Assembly: GCA_964016885.1 (NCBI GenBank) | Contig: OZ024754.1 | Location: 9,300,001-9,364,000 of the forward strand | Source of the DNA: Eledone cirrhosa | Lineage: Eukaryota | Direction: 5' to 3' | DNA: 64,000 nucleotides | Part shown: piece after piece, positions 11,740-24,758 of the stretch | How positions within the stretch are numbered: the stretch's first letter is position 1 | Layout of the letters: every line of letters begins with the position of its first letter | Translations under genes and position numbers: made by a program | Notes under the pieces: model-generated | Told to the model about the DNA's origin: nothing | Database searches by the model: none | The model's input: only the letters and a program-made list of their open reading frames with translations

Positions 11740-12512
11740 TTATCACCACCACCACCACCTCTCTTTATCCACCACCACCACCTCTCTTTATCCACCACCA
11801 CCACCACCATCATCATCTCTGTCTATCCACCACCACCACCACCTCTGTTTATCCACCACCACCACCACCTCTGTTTATCCACCACCACCATCTCTGTTTA
11901 TCCACCACCACCACCACCACCACCACCACAACCACCACCACCATCTGTCTATCCACCACCACAACCACCACCACCACCACCACCACAACCACCACCACCA
12001 TCTGTCTATCCACCACCACCACCACCACCACCACCATCTCTGTCTATCCACCACCACCACCACCACCACCATCTCTGTCTATCCACCACCACCACCACCA
12101 CCACCACCACCACCACCACCAACACTACCACCACCACCAGCACCACCACCACCACCAACACTACCACCACCACCACCACCATCTCTGTCTATCCACCACC
12201 ACCACCACCACCACCACCACCACCACCAACACTACCACCACCACCACCAACACTACCACCACCACCACCACCAACACCACCACCATCTCTGTCTATCCAC
12301 CACCACCACCACCAACACTACCACCACCACCACCACCACCAACACCACCACCATCTCTGTCTATCCACCACCACCACCACCACCACCACCACCACCACCA
12401 CCACCACCACCACCACCACCACCACCACCAACACTACCACCACCACCACCACCACCACCAACACTACCACCACCACCACCACCACCAACACTACCACCAC
12501 CACCACCACCAT
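11740..12512. repeat. (CCA)n microsatellite punctuated by a TCTCTGTCTAT anchor
   Basis: Direct reading. Confidence 0.95.
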
Positions 12513-12867
12513 TTATCACAAATAGTTTTTGACAGCCATCATCATCTTGTCATCTTCATGCAACACAGACTCACACGCACACACACACATACACAGATAC
12601 ATACAATCATATATATACACACACACACACAGATACATACAAACATATATATACACACACACAGATACATACAAACATATATATACACACACACAGATAC
12701 ATACAAACATACACACACACAGATACATACAATCATATACATACAGAGACCCACACCAACACAAACATATATATACACACACACACACATACAAACATAT
12801 ATATACACACACACACATATACACACACACACAAACAAACACATATTGCATTTTTTCTGGCTGCCAT

Positions 12868-13995
12868 TGTTATTATTGCTGCTGTTGTTGTTATTGTTAT
12901 TGCTGTTGTTATTGTTGTTGTTATTGTTATTGTTGTTGCCATTGTTATTGTTGTTGTTGTTGTTGTCATTGTTGTTGTTGCTATTGTTGTTGTTGCTATT
13001 GTTGTTTCTATTGTTGTTGTTGTTGTTGTTGCTGTTATTGTTACTGTTACTGTTGTAGCTATTATCATGGCTGTAGCTGTTGTTGTTACTGTTGTTGTTG
13101 TTGTTGTTGTTACTGTTGTAGCTATTATCATGGCTGTAGCTGTTGTTGTTGTTGTTGTTGTTGTTGTAGCTATTATCATGGCTGTAGCTGTTGTTGTTAC
13201 TGTTGTTGTTGTTGTTGTTACTGTTGTAGCTATTATCATGGCTGTAGCTGTTGTTGTTGTTGTTGTTGTTGTTGTAGCTATTATCATGGCTGTAGCTGTT
13301 GTTGTTACTGTTGTTGTTGTTGTTGTTGTTACTGTTGTTGTTGTTGTTGTTGTTGTTACTGTTGTAGCTATTATCATGGCTGTAGCTGTTGTTGTTACTG
13401 TTGTTGTTGTTGTTGTTGTTGTTACTGTTGTTGTTGTTGTTGTTGTTGTTACTGTTGTAGCTATTATCATGGCTGTAGCTGTTGTTGTTACTGTTGTTGT
13501 TGTTGTTGTTACTGTTGTTGTTGTTGTTGTTGTTGTTACTGTTGTAGCTATTATCATGGCTGTAGCTGTTGTTGTTACTGTTGTTGTTGTTGTTGTTGTT
13601 GTTACTGTTGTTGTTGTTGTTGTTGTTATTGTTGTAGCTATTATCATGGCTGTAGCTGTTGTTGTTACTGTTGTTGTTGTTGTTGTTGTTGTTGTTACTG
13701 TTGTTGTTGTTGTTGTTGTTACTGTTGTAGCTATTATCATGGCTGTAGCTGTTGTTGTTGTTGTTGTTATAGTTGTTATTGTTGTTGTCATTGTTGTTGC
13801 TGTTATTGTTACTGTTGTAGCTATTATCATGGCTGTAGCTGTTGTTGTTACTGTTGTTGTTGTTATTGTTATTATTGTTGTTGCTGTTATTGTTACTGTT
13901 GTAGCTATTATCATGGCTGTAGCTGTTGTTGTTACTGTTGTTGTTGTTATAGTTGCTATTGTTGTTGTTATAGTTGCTGCTGTTGTTATTGTCGC
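12868..13995. repeat. (GTT)n array with recurring anchor AGCTATTATCATGGCTGTAGCT (~14 units)
   Basis: Direct reading. Confidence 0.95.
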
Positions 13996-14134
13996 TGTCG
14001 TGTTTTTGAAGTATGACTGGCATTTGTAATGCAAATGAGTTCCACTAATGAAGTTTTCTTGCTGAGAATAAACTATTTATGGAGGAAATGGTCCTGTTGC
14101 TTTCTTGACCAGAAGCTTCAGAGTTCACCAGAAA

Positions 14135-14378
14135 AAAGAGATAGAGAGAGAGGAGGAAAGGAGGAGGAGAGAGGGAGGAGGAGAGAGGGAGAGAGAGGGA
14201 GGAAGAGAGAGAGAAGAAAGAGCGAGCGAGGAAGAAAGAGAAAAAGAAAGTGAGGGAGAAAGAGCAAGAGGGAAAATAATTCACCAGAGAAAGAGAAAGA
14301 GAAAGTGAGGGAGAATGAGAGGGAGAAAGAGAAAGAGAAAGTGAGGATGAGGGAGAAAGAGAAAGAGGGAGAAGAGAA

Positions 14379-14421
<43 letters not shown>

Positions 14422-14914
14422 TAATTAAATTAAAAAAAACATGAACAAAAGAAGAATGAAAGAAAAAAAGTGTAAAATAAAAAGAAAAAAACTTAATTGT
14501 GAAAGAAAGGAGGAAGGAAAGAAATAAGGTAGAAAATCTGGAGTGGAAGAGAAGAAAAAATGAAAGAAGAAAAAGCAAAAAGAAAGAAAGAGAGAAAAGA
14601 TGTAAAGGAAGTAAGAGAGAAAGAAAGAAAAGGAAGTAAGAGAGAAAGAAAGAAATAGACAAAGAAAAAAAGAGAGAAAGAAAGGAAGAGAGAAAGAAAG
14701 AAAGAAAAGATGTAAAGAAAGAAAGAAAGAAAAGATGTAAAGAAAGAGAGAAAGAAAGAAAGAGAGAAAGAAAAGATGTAAAGAATGAAGAGAGAAAGAT
14801 GTAAAGAAAGAAAGAAAGAGAGAAAAGATGTAAAGAAAGAAAGAAAGAAAAGATGTAAAGAGAGAAAGAAAGAAAAGGTGTAAAGAGAGAAAGAAAGAAA
14901 GAAAGAGAGATGTA

Positions 14915-14997
<83 letters not shown>

Positions 14998-15065
14998 TGA
15001 GAGAGAAAGAAAGAAAGATGTAAAGATAGAAAGAGAGAAAGATGTAAAGATGTAAAGAAAGAGAT
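14135..15065 (+). repeat. Purine-rich GA/GAAA low-complexity tract
   Basis: Direct reading. Confidence 0.9.
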
Positions 15066-15221
15066 AGAGGAATCTGGTGAAGTGGAAACCAGGGACTGGA
15101 ATACTGAAGTAACTAAATTTGCTGGTTTTTGCACCTTTACCCCTTCCTTCCTCCCACCTCCTCCACGAGTTATTTCTATTCTCATCTCCCTCTTTCTCTT
15201 TCCTCTCTCATATATATATAT

Positions 15222-15562
15222 TGGAGGCACATGGCTTAGTGGTTAGAGCATTGGCCTTGCAATCGAAAGGTTGTGAGTTCAATTCTCAGACCGGGTGATG
15301 TGTTGTTTCCTTGAGCAAGACACTTTATTTCACATTGCTCCAGTTTACTCAGCTGTAGAAATGAGATGATAGGGACTGGGGTCCCTATCATTCCACTGTA
15401 AAGTGGTCGTGGAGGTGCCACGGCAAAAAGCACCCAGCACTCACTGTAAATGAGGTTGGTGTTAGGAAGGGCATCCAGCTGTAGAAATCAAGCCAGAATC
15501 AGTTCCCGTCCCACCCTTGCAAGCAGGGAAACACGGACGTAAAATGATGATGATGATGATGA
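15222..15562 (+). mobile_element. SINE A, full length
   Basis: tRNA head, CORE-like body, GGTTGGTGTTAGGAAGGGCATCCAG, LINE-like tail, (GAT)n. Confidence 0.92.
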
Positions 15563-15696
15563 TATATATATATATAATTGTGTGTGTGTGTGTGTGTTCA
15601 TATACAAATATGTATATATATATATATTCATATATATATACACATATTTGTATATGAACATACATATATATATATTGATACACACACATATACATA

Positions 15697-15802
15697 TAAA
15701 GGGTGTCCCCCCCAAAAATGTGTATACACTTTGATTACTTGTACAGGCAATATTTATTAGAATGCTGTTTAAGTGTGTATACATTTTTTGGGGACATCCT
15801 AT
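15697..15802. mobile_element. Tc1/mariner-type MITE (copy 2)
   Basis: GGGTGTCCCC...GGGGACATCC TIRs; internal sequence matches 4770-4877. Confidence 0.75.
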
Positions 15803-15860
15803 ATATATGTATGGAGGCAAGCAGGGAAAAGTGGACGTAAAATAATGATGATGATGATGA

Positions 15861-15899
<39 letters not shown>

Positions 15900-15901
15900 G
15901 A

Positions 15902-15941
<40 letters not shown>

Positions 15942-15970
15942 CAAAATTATATATACATATATATATATAT

Positions 15971-16170
15971 ATAGGAACGAGTAGAACCCCGACGGCTGAG
16001 CTCAAGCCGTTTCGACGGCTAATTCTGGACTCAGTCCAGAATTTGCCGCCGAAACGGCTTGAGCTCAGCCGTCGGGGTCCTACTCGTTCCTATTACTCAC
16101 TCTACTACCCTAAGTATTGAGTACTTTGGTGCGTTATGGTCCACCTGGTTCCTTACCACATTTCCTTCGT
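15971..16170. mobile_element. Fold-back element (arms 15971-16093 plus right tail) holding the 3' half of a hammerhead on each strand
   Basis: ATAGGAACGAGTAG...CTACTCGTTCCTAT; centre CTGGAC-TCA-GTCCAG; GAAA-CGGCT(TGAGCTC)AGCCG-TC. Confidence 0.8.
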
Positions 16171-16308
16171 TATATATATATATATAGTTTCGTTGACAAA
16201 TATATCAATGTGCCCAGACACGCAGATATATTGCCCTTGGTATAACAGTGTGGTTTAACCTTGTTCTGGTGACGCAGCTTGATGGAGCATGCAACTATTG
16301 ATATACTC

Positions 16309-16374
16309 TTGTTTATAGGCTCTGATGATTCCTGCCATAGGGTATGGATGAAACACTGTTAACTAATAAAACAA
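16309..16374 (+). ncRNA. Degenerate hammerhead ribozyme in a (TA)n-flanked Penelope-like fragment
   Basis: TTGTTTATAGGCT-CTGATGA-TTCCTGCC/GGTATGGAT-GAAA-CACTG-TT-AACTAATAAAACAA; stem I partly decayed. Confidence 0.5.
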
Positions 16375-16407
16375 TGTATTTCTAAGCACTCTTTGGTTAT
16401 TCCTAAA

Positions 16408-16441
<34 letters not shown>

Positions 16442-16475
16442 GGGTATATATATATGTAGGGTGTATATATGTAGG

Positions 16476-16524
<49 letters not shown>

Positions 16525-17429
16525 GTGTGTGTGTATATATATATATATATATGTAGGATGTATATATATATAAAATGTATATACACCTTTTTATGGTACT
16601 TTCTTTTTATAATTTTTTCTCCATCTCCTCTCTGTTTTGCCTCTCTCTCTCTCCCTGACTCTCTGTGACTCTCTCTCTCTCTGACTCCCTGTCTCTCTCT
16701 TTCTCTATCTTACTCCTTCTCTCTCTGACACGTCTCTCTCTCTGCCTCTCTCTCTCTCTCTTACTGTATCTCTCTCTGATTCCCTGTCTCTCTCTCTCTT
16801 ACTGTATCTCTCTCTGATTCCCTGTCTCTCTCTCTCTTACTCTCCCCTCTCACCCCCTCTTTCCCCCTTGTCTCTTTCTTCCTTTCTTCCAAACATCACA
16901 TCTTCCACATTTCTATGTCAACATCCTCTGCTCCCCCCCCACCATTAACCCTACCCTACCCTCATCCTACTTCTCCTGATCCAGCTAGCAATGATAACAA
17001 TCTATTCCTTATTTCAGAATGTCCCCATCTTTACATCTTTTCTACTTCTGAAGACATCTAGAAAGCCAAACTGCCAAACTTTAATATCACAATCCTTTCT
17101 TTCCCTTCATAATATTACGATATGCAAAAACTCGGATCAATTTTTTTCTCTTTTTTCTTTATATTTTACTATACTTTTTTTCTTTTTATTATTGTTGTCA
17201 TTATTGTTGTTGTTATTATTGTTGTTGTTATTGTTGTTGTTGTTATTGTTGTTATTATTATTGTTGTTGTTATTGTTGTTATTATTGTGTATATATTTTT
17301 ATTTAATTTTGAAATTCAAACGAAGTTTATTCAGTGCCAACAGGGAGTGTTTCAATACAGTTAAAGAACCAATTTGATTATGACAAGAATAATCTTAAGG
17401 ATTTTCTTGGTTAACTTGTATTTCTTTCT

Positions 17430-18023
17430 CCTTTGCACTCCTCTCTCTCTCTCACCCCTCCCTCACCTTCTCTCTCTCTCTCTATCTATCTCTCTCCCCT
17501 CCCACACCTTCTCTCTCTATCTCTATCCCCGCCCATACCTTCTCTCTCTCTCTCTGTGTCTCTCTCCCCTCCCATACCTTCTCTCTCTCTCTCTCTCTCT
17601 GTGTCTCTTTCCTCTCCCACACCTTCTCTTTCTCTCTTTGTCTCTCTCTCCCCTCCCACACTCTCTGTGTCTCTCTCCCCTCCCACACATTCTCTCTCTT
17701 TGTCTCTCTCTCCCCTCCCACACACTCTGTGTCTTTCTCCCCTCCCACACCTCTCTCTATCTCCTTCCTCCCCTTCTCTCTCTCTCTTTGGCTCTCTCTC
17801 CCCTCCCTCCTCTTCTCTTTCTCTCTCTTTGTCTCTCTCTCCCCTCCCACACTCTCTGTGTCTTTCTCCCCTCCCACACCTTCTCTCTCTTTGTCTCTCG
17901 CCCCTCCCTCCCCTTCTCTTTCTCTCTTTGTCTCTCTCTCCCCTCCCACACTCTCTGTGTCTCTCACCCTTCCCTCACCTTCTCTCTCTTTCTCCCCTCC
18001 CCCACCTTCTCCCCCCACACCTT

Positions 18024-18057
<34 letters not shown>

Positions 18058-18060
18058 CTC
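17430..18060. repeat. CT-rich degenerate minisatellite
   Basis: Recurring TCTCTCCCCTCCCACAC. Confidence 0.85.
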
Positions 18061-18359
18061 CCCTTCCTCCAAGATATATGATCCCTAATCTATCTATTTA
18101 ACCTACTTTAACCCTCACTTTCACATTTCAATTTCCATATATTCTATCAAAGTTTAATTTAGCTGCCACTTTCTATCTAAATACCTACCAACCTAACTAC
18201 GCACACATGCACACACGCACACACGTATATACATACATACATATATATATATATAGGTGTGTGTGTGTGTGTATACGTGTGTGTGCATGTATACATGTAT
18301 GTGTGCATGAGCGAGAGAAAGCGAGAAAGAGAGGGTTATAGAGGGAGAGAGAGAGTGAG

Positions 18360-18913
18360 TGGTGCGTGCGTGTCTACATATGTGTGCATGTCTACATGTG
18401 TGTGTGTGTGCATGTCTACATGTGTGTGTGTGTGCATGTCTACATGTGTGTGCGTGCATGTCTACATTAGTGTGTGCATGTCTACATATGTGTGTGTGCA
18501 TGTCTACATGTGTGTGTGCATGACTACATGTGTGTGTGCATGTCTACATGTATGTGCATGTCTACATGAGTGTATGTGCATTTCTACATGTGTGTGCGTG
18601 TCTACATGTGTATGTGCATGGTTACATGTGTATGTGCATGTCTACATGTGTGTGTGTGTGTGTGCATGTCTACACGAGTGTGTGCATGTCTACATGTGTG
18701 TGTGTGCATGTATACACGTGTGTGTGCATGTCTACATGTGTGTATGTGCATGTCTACATGAGTGTGTATGCATTTCTACATGTGTGTGTGCATGTATACA
18801 TGTGCGTGAGTGTGCATGTCTACATGTGTGTGCATGTCTGCATGTGTGTGTGTGTGTGTGTGCATGTATACATGTGCGTGAGTGTGCATGTCTACATGTG
18901 TGTGCATGTCTGC

Positions 18914-18944
<31 letters not shown>

Positions 18945-19260
18945 TGTATACATGTGCGTGAGTGTGCATGTCTACATGTGTGTGCATGTCTGCATGTGTG
19001 TGTGCATGTCTACATGCATATGTGCATGTCTACATCTGTGTGCATGTCTACATGTATGTGTGCATGTCTACATCTGTGTGCATGTCTACATGCGTATGTG
19101 CATGTCTACATCTGTGTGCATGTCTACATGTATGTGTGCATGTCTACATGTGTGTGCATGCCTACATGTATGTGCATGCCTACATGTGTGTGCATGCCTA
19201 CATGTGTATGCATGTCTACATATCTACATGTGTATGCATGTCTACATGTGTATGTGCATG
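18360..19260. repeat. Minisatellite (TG)nCATGTCTACA
   Basis: Direct reading. Confidence 0.9.
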
Positions 19261-19398
19261 AGCGAGAGAGAGAGGGTATATATATATTATATAAATATGA
19301 AGACGGCCGACCGGACTAGAAACTGCTACATGTGTGGCCGCCTTCTGGTCTCTCTGCCTTTTCAGCCGCATGGATTATATTCCTTTGTTAAATTTCGA

Positions 19399-19456
19399 AT
19401 ACCTGATGATGTCACCGGATTCATACTGAACCTGGTCATTGAAATGATCATAGTAT
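19399..19456 (+). ncRNA. Type I minimal hammerhead ribozyme
   Basis: ATAC-CTGATGA-TGTCACCGGATTCA/TGAACCTGGTCATT-GAAA-TGATCA-TA^-GTAT; distal ATTCCTT/AAGGAAT extends stem I. Confidence 0.75.
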
Positions 19457-19526
19457 AATAAACCTTTAAGGAATTACACCAGTCCAGCCTCCTGTTATTT
19501 TATAATATATATATATATATTTTTTT

Positions 19527-19851
19527 TTTTTACGTCTGCTTTTCCCTGCTTGCAAGGGTGGGATGGGAACTGGTTCTGGCTTGATTTCTACAGCTGGATG
19601 CCCTTCCTAACACCAACCTCATTTACAGTGAGTGCTGGGTGCTTTTTTGCCGTGGCACCTCCACGACCACTTTGCAGTGGAATGATAGGGACTCCAGTCC
19701 CTATCATCTCATTTCTACAGCTGAATAAACTGGAGCAATGTGAAATAAAGTGTCTTGCTCAAGGAAACAACACATCACCCGGTCTGAGAATTGAACTCAC
19801 AACCTTTCGATTGCAAGGCCAATGCTCTAACCACTAAGCCATGTACCTCCA
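19527..19851 (-). mobile_element. SINE A, full length
   Basis: Reverse complement of the 15222 copy. Confidence 0.92.
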
Positions 19852-19908
19852 TATATATATAATATCAGTGATATTAATAAATGGAAACTATATTTATAAA
19901 ACCATATT

Positions 19909-19969
19909 TATTCTATTATATATATTTCAAGGTTACCAAAACTTTGGTACGCTCTCATCAGATAAAATA
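19909..19969 (-). ncRNA. Type I minimal hammerhead ribozyme
   Basis: TATTTTAT-CTGATGA-GAGCGTACCAAA/TTTGGTAACCTT-GAAA-TATATA-TA^-ATAGAATA. Confidence 0.75.
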
Positions 19970-20145
19970 CAAAGTTTGTTTTAGAAATAGTGACATATCC
20001 AGGAAGGAGATCTTAATGGTTCAAGTTTTACTTGGATACTATCCAGGTAAACTTGTTTGAGTGCTTTGAATCTGTTATAAATATATATATTTGTTGAATT
20101 ACCAACAAATTAAATATCCGTTTGCTTATATATATATATACTGTG

Positions 20146-20183
<38 letters not shown>

Positions 20184-20274
20184 AAGAGAGAGAGGGAGTT
20201 AGTGGTGTGTGTGCATGAGCGAGAGAGAGTGGGTATATATATATATATAGATAGATAGATAGATAGATATTTAG

Positions 20275-20309
<35 letters not shown>

Positions 20310-20489
20310 TGTGTGTCTGTTATAGAAAACATGATTCTATGTCAAGCCATACTGGAAGATAGAATGTTTCAATAACAAAAGCATAAATTTCATCTCAATT
20401 AGTTTCAGAAACTGACTTATTGAACTCACAATTTATCTTAACTTTTCATGGTTTATGTACAACAAAATTATAACAGCTCTAAATAATGG

Positions 20490-20900
20490 CTGCTACGTTT
20501 AGACTCAAGGCCAGCAATTTTGGAGAGTGGAAAGTTGACTACATCAGCCCCACTGCATTACTGGCACTTTATTTTATCAAACTCATTTAGGATGAAAGGC
20601 ATAACTAACCTCGGCGGGATTTAAACTGAGTATATAAAGGGCCGAAACTCTATTCCACGAAGCACAGTGTCCGATCCGACGCTCTACCGGTTCTTCCAAT
20701 CCACCGAATAATGTTTCTATTTTGGGCACAAGGCCAGCAATTATCCCAGTGCATTACTGGTGCTCTATTTTATCAACCTCGCAAGGATGAAAGGCAAAGT
20801 TAACCTCAGCGGATTCGAGCTCATAAAGCTAAAGGGCTATAACTCTATGCCGCAAAGCATGGTGTCTGACGCTCTACCGATACTGCCAAACCACCGCATA
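20490..20900 (-). mobile_element. Two adjacent SINE B copies
   Basis: Both carry AAGGCCAGCAATT...GGATGAAAGGC...CTACCG. Confidence 0.85.
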
Positions 20901-22849
20901 ATGGCAACTGTTCAGGTTTCCCATAGCTTTAAGTTTTTGCTGGGTATAAAACTACATCGGGACTAGTAAATTTTATCTGAGACTCCAAGTGAATTCCTAG
21001 TTTCCTCAGAAAATTTCATAATTATTTATGATTGTGGAGAGAGGCTGCAGTTAGAGGAAGATGATTGGTGAAAAATGGAGGAGATGACAAAGAAACGCAG
21101 CAAGCGGAAAGATGATGTACTGAGAACGATCCATCCAACCAATTCAAGTGTGTAGTAATGGACAGAAAGATGGACGGATGATGATAATGATGATAATATA
21201 TGATGATGCCTCAACTGGCTTTAAGAAATGCATTAATTCAGATGACCAGTGAAATCATAGACCAACACAAGTTCAATGCTTTCAAAGAATTGATCACAGG
21301 GTCTGCTTATGAATACATAAGATCTATGCAGAAACTCATCTTTGAATGTAATTTGAAAAGCATGATGACAGACAAATACACAGATGTATACATATTTGTG
21401 ATTGATTCCTTACCAGGATCTCAAGTGCCTGCATAGAAACCAGACTAAATTAAACATCCAGCTTCCACTTCAGCCATAGATGAAACTCATTCTTTGGAAC
21501 TAGGTAGGAAAGATTCTCAGAGATATGACTGCTCTTCAAATAGAAAATTGTGAAGTGACCTCTGTTGAGATGACTAAAGAAGAATTCTTGAATTTTCAAA
21601 CAAAACAAACCTTTCAAAAAGCTTCTTCTAGGGCAGCTGTGTTTCATCACATACAAAAATGTTATTTCCGAGGACATTTTCTCCAATATAATCACACAAA
21701 AGTTTCAAGTGTAAAAAAATGAAATATTTTTCAAAGTTTGAAATCTAGAAATATTTTGAACTAGAATTAAAGTTACAAGACTGCCCATATAGTACAAATA
21801 CAGTTCCTCACACTACACTGCTGTGTGAACTTTATTCAACATTTATCTGTTAAAGTAGAATTCGATGCACCCTTCCCACATAATCAAACTTGGAAATTCA
21901 ATCTCTGGCTATACTTAAAATTGATCTACCCAAAGTCTTCTTTATGTTGACATCTGAAAAACGACAAAACCATTTAATCACCTATAGATCAGGTTAACAC
22001 ACCAATCAGATAGATTTTATTCTTACCAGAAGCTGAGACAGAGTGATGATTTGGGAGTAGCAGCACAGTGGAACTGGATGGTTCCATTATGAGCAAGGAC
22101 AGACCATTTAGCCACGCCATACTCCGCTCTCAGGAGAACCATAATTTAGGAATTGCAATCACATTTAAAGTGTGGAACTGGGTGGACAGTTTTGAAGAGG
22201 GACAGGCCAGTTGGCTGTGCCATATCTTGTTCATAATGATGTTTTGGCTGGGTGTATATACGATATATAAACCACATATGCATGTATATAACATACAATA
22301 CATAATACACAATGTATATATATTAATAAATTAACACATAGATGTGATACAGGATATATACATACAGGATAGCACACCCACCTAACACACCTACACACCA
22401 CACATATACAAACATGTGAATACAGAATATATATATATATATTAAAATAACAGATTAAAGTTTAAGCAAAGAATCGCTGTTTTCACCCTTAACAGGATCT
22501 TCTGAAACTAAAAAAAAAAACAATCTGTGGTCGCAGAAGTAAATATTTAAAAAAACATTGCAACTGAAGGAGAACAGGAAGACGATACTTTGGTTCGTGA
22601 AGATGTTCCCTGACAATGAACAGAAAAACGTGAAGATAATACGTCATTATGTGGAGCGATGAGAACAATTACACGCAAAGACAAAACCACGTTTATGGTA
22701 TAAATGGAGTCATTAAACTAATATTCTATTTAGGAAACCGAATGATTTTCAGCTTCGGAGTTAAGAATAATGGGCGATTCTTACCAATGGCTGATAATAC
22801 CTTATCAGCGCCACTCGAATAAGGTAATTTTTTAACCCATAAATGGAGC

Positions 22850-22986
22850 CCTAACAGGTACTACTACTCCAGGCTAGAGCAGACCTGGGAGTGATAACAA
22901 GTAAGGGAAAACTCCACATTCCCCACAGCTCTTGAACTCCCGAACTGGAGTCTTGTCACTGGAGTTTAATGTCATACCCAGGACAC
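22850..22986. mobile_element. Fragment of a further interspersed repeat (SINE-like)
   Basis: TAACAGGTACTACTACTCCAGG...GACCTGGGAGTG...GTCATACCCAGGACAC resembles an abundant cephalopod repeat (from recall); single copy here. Confidence 0.45.
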
Positions 22987-23014
22987 ATGAGAATTACATC
23001 TCATCCCTGGTGGG

Positions 23015-23081
<67 letters not shown>

Positions 23082-23119
23082 GTATATATACAATATAGTC
23101 TACATATTGTATTTGCACA

Positions 23120-23299
23120 TGAATTGGCAGTATCGGTAGAGGGTCGGACGCCATGCTTTCCAGCATAGTTATGTCCCTTTACGATCTGAGTTCAAATCCC
23201 GCCGAGGTTGACTTTGCCCCTCATCCTTATGGGATCGATAAAATAAAGTACCAGTAATGCACTGGGTAATTGCTGGCCTTGTGCCTAAAGTAGAAACAA
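23120..23299 (+). mobile_element. SINE B
   Basis: Matches the other copies. Confidence 0.9.
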
Positions 23300-23441
23300 T
23301 TATATATACCTATAGCATACGATATAACAGGGCCACTATAAGAACTAGGGGGTGAGGTGGGGATGAAAACCATGGGTGGGGGTTCTACTTTGAGAGAGAC
23401 AGATCAGTTAAAAAACATTGAATATTGAAATAAAGAACCAC

Positions 23442-23444
<3 letters not shown>

Positions 23445-23531
<87 letters not shown>

Positions 23532-23535
23532 GGGG

Positions 23536-23574
<39 letters not shown>

Positions 23575-23596
23575 GAGAGAGGGGAGAGAGAGAGAA

Positions 23597-23637
<41 letters not shown>
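23445..23637. repeat. (GA)n microsatellite
   Basis: Direct reading. Confidence 0.95.
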
Positions 23638-23638
<1 letters not shown>

Positions 23639-23682
23639 GTTTAGAAAAAGTTTCGAAAGTTAATTCAAAATATAGCTTAGAT

Positions 23683-23860
23683 CAGGCATGTCAAACATGC
23701 GACCCACACAAAGGTTTTTACAGCGCGAGCGTAATATAAAACGAAAAATATTAGTTGTCATGTGTGGCCCTCAAACAACACATATGTGACCCATGTGGCT
23801 CTCAGACAACACATATGTGACCCATGTGGCCCTCGGGGGACCCTCAGTTTAACATACCTG
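23683..23860. mobile_element. hAT-type MITE with 8-bp TSD
   Basis: TIRs CAGGCATGTCAAAC / GTTTAACATACCTG; TSD GCTTAGAT on both sides. Confidence 0.9.
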
Positions 23861-24362
23861 GCTTAGATAGTCTTATATTTCATGGCTGGTTGATACTTTT
23901 ACTCAAATATATTTAGAGAAGGGCCTCAAACTCCATATGGCACTTAGGGCCCCCAGCAGGTGAAAATCCAGTCCTGGTTGTAGGAGAGTGTTATCACAAT
24001 ATTTTATATGATATCATTATGTTTGTATCGATGTATACACTATGATTGATTGATATATAATGAGATAAACAGGAATAGTGAATACAATATTGTTCAGTTA
24101 TGCAGTTGTAGTTGATAACATCACTGAATAATATATTGTAGACAGAAGAGGTAAAAATAGACTTCACACAACCAATTGGGTGTTAGCCAGAAAACGACCC
24201 TGAGTAAACCAAGTTCAAATGAGTACTCCAAGAAAAAATTATATAAGTGATAATTTCTATATAAAGAAATCAGTTTATAGAAATTCTCTTGGACTCACTG
24301 CCAAATTAATCTGAGTTCCTCTCATCCATTTTTTTCCTCTATGTTTCTCTGTAAGAAATAGC

Positions 24363-24758
24363 AGTTTCTGATTTAGGCATAAGGCCAACCATTTTGGGGG
24401 AGGGGAAAGTCGATTAAATCAACTTCAGTGTATTACTGGTACTTTATTTTATCAAGGATTTGAACTCATAGTATAAAGGGTCATAATTCTATGCCATAAA
24501 TCATGTCTGATGGTCTACCAATATTGCCAATCCACTTCCCTGTAAGAAATGGTTTCTAGTATAAGCACAAGGCCAGTAATTTGGGGGGAGGCGAGGAAAG
24601 TCGATTAGATCAACCCCAGTATGTTACTGGTACTTTATTTTATCAACCCTGTAAGGTTGAAAGGCAAAGCTAACCTCGTCAGGATTTGAACTCAGACCAT
24701 AAAGGGCCGTAACTCTATGCCACAAAGCATGGTGTCCAATGGTCTACCAATACTGCCG
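24363..24758 (-). mobile_element. Two older SINE B copies; the second seeds the 83-bp array
   Basis: Sequence similarity to SINE B. Confidence 0.85.

Noticed and set aside
11314-14034. Long Pro/His/Thr, Cys/Tyr and Asn-rich ORFs resembling extensin or keratin-associated proteins
   Set aside because: Trinucleotide repeats open in several frames on both strands, with no signal peptide or gene structure
15222-15300. tRNA-Cys-like gene (TTGCAAT loop)
   Set aside because: It is the SINE head, always fused to the SINE body, with no proper acceptor stem
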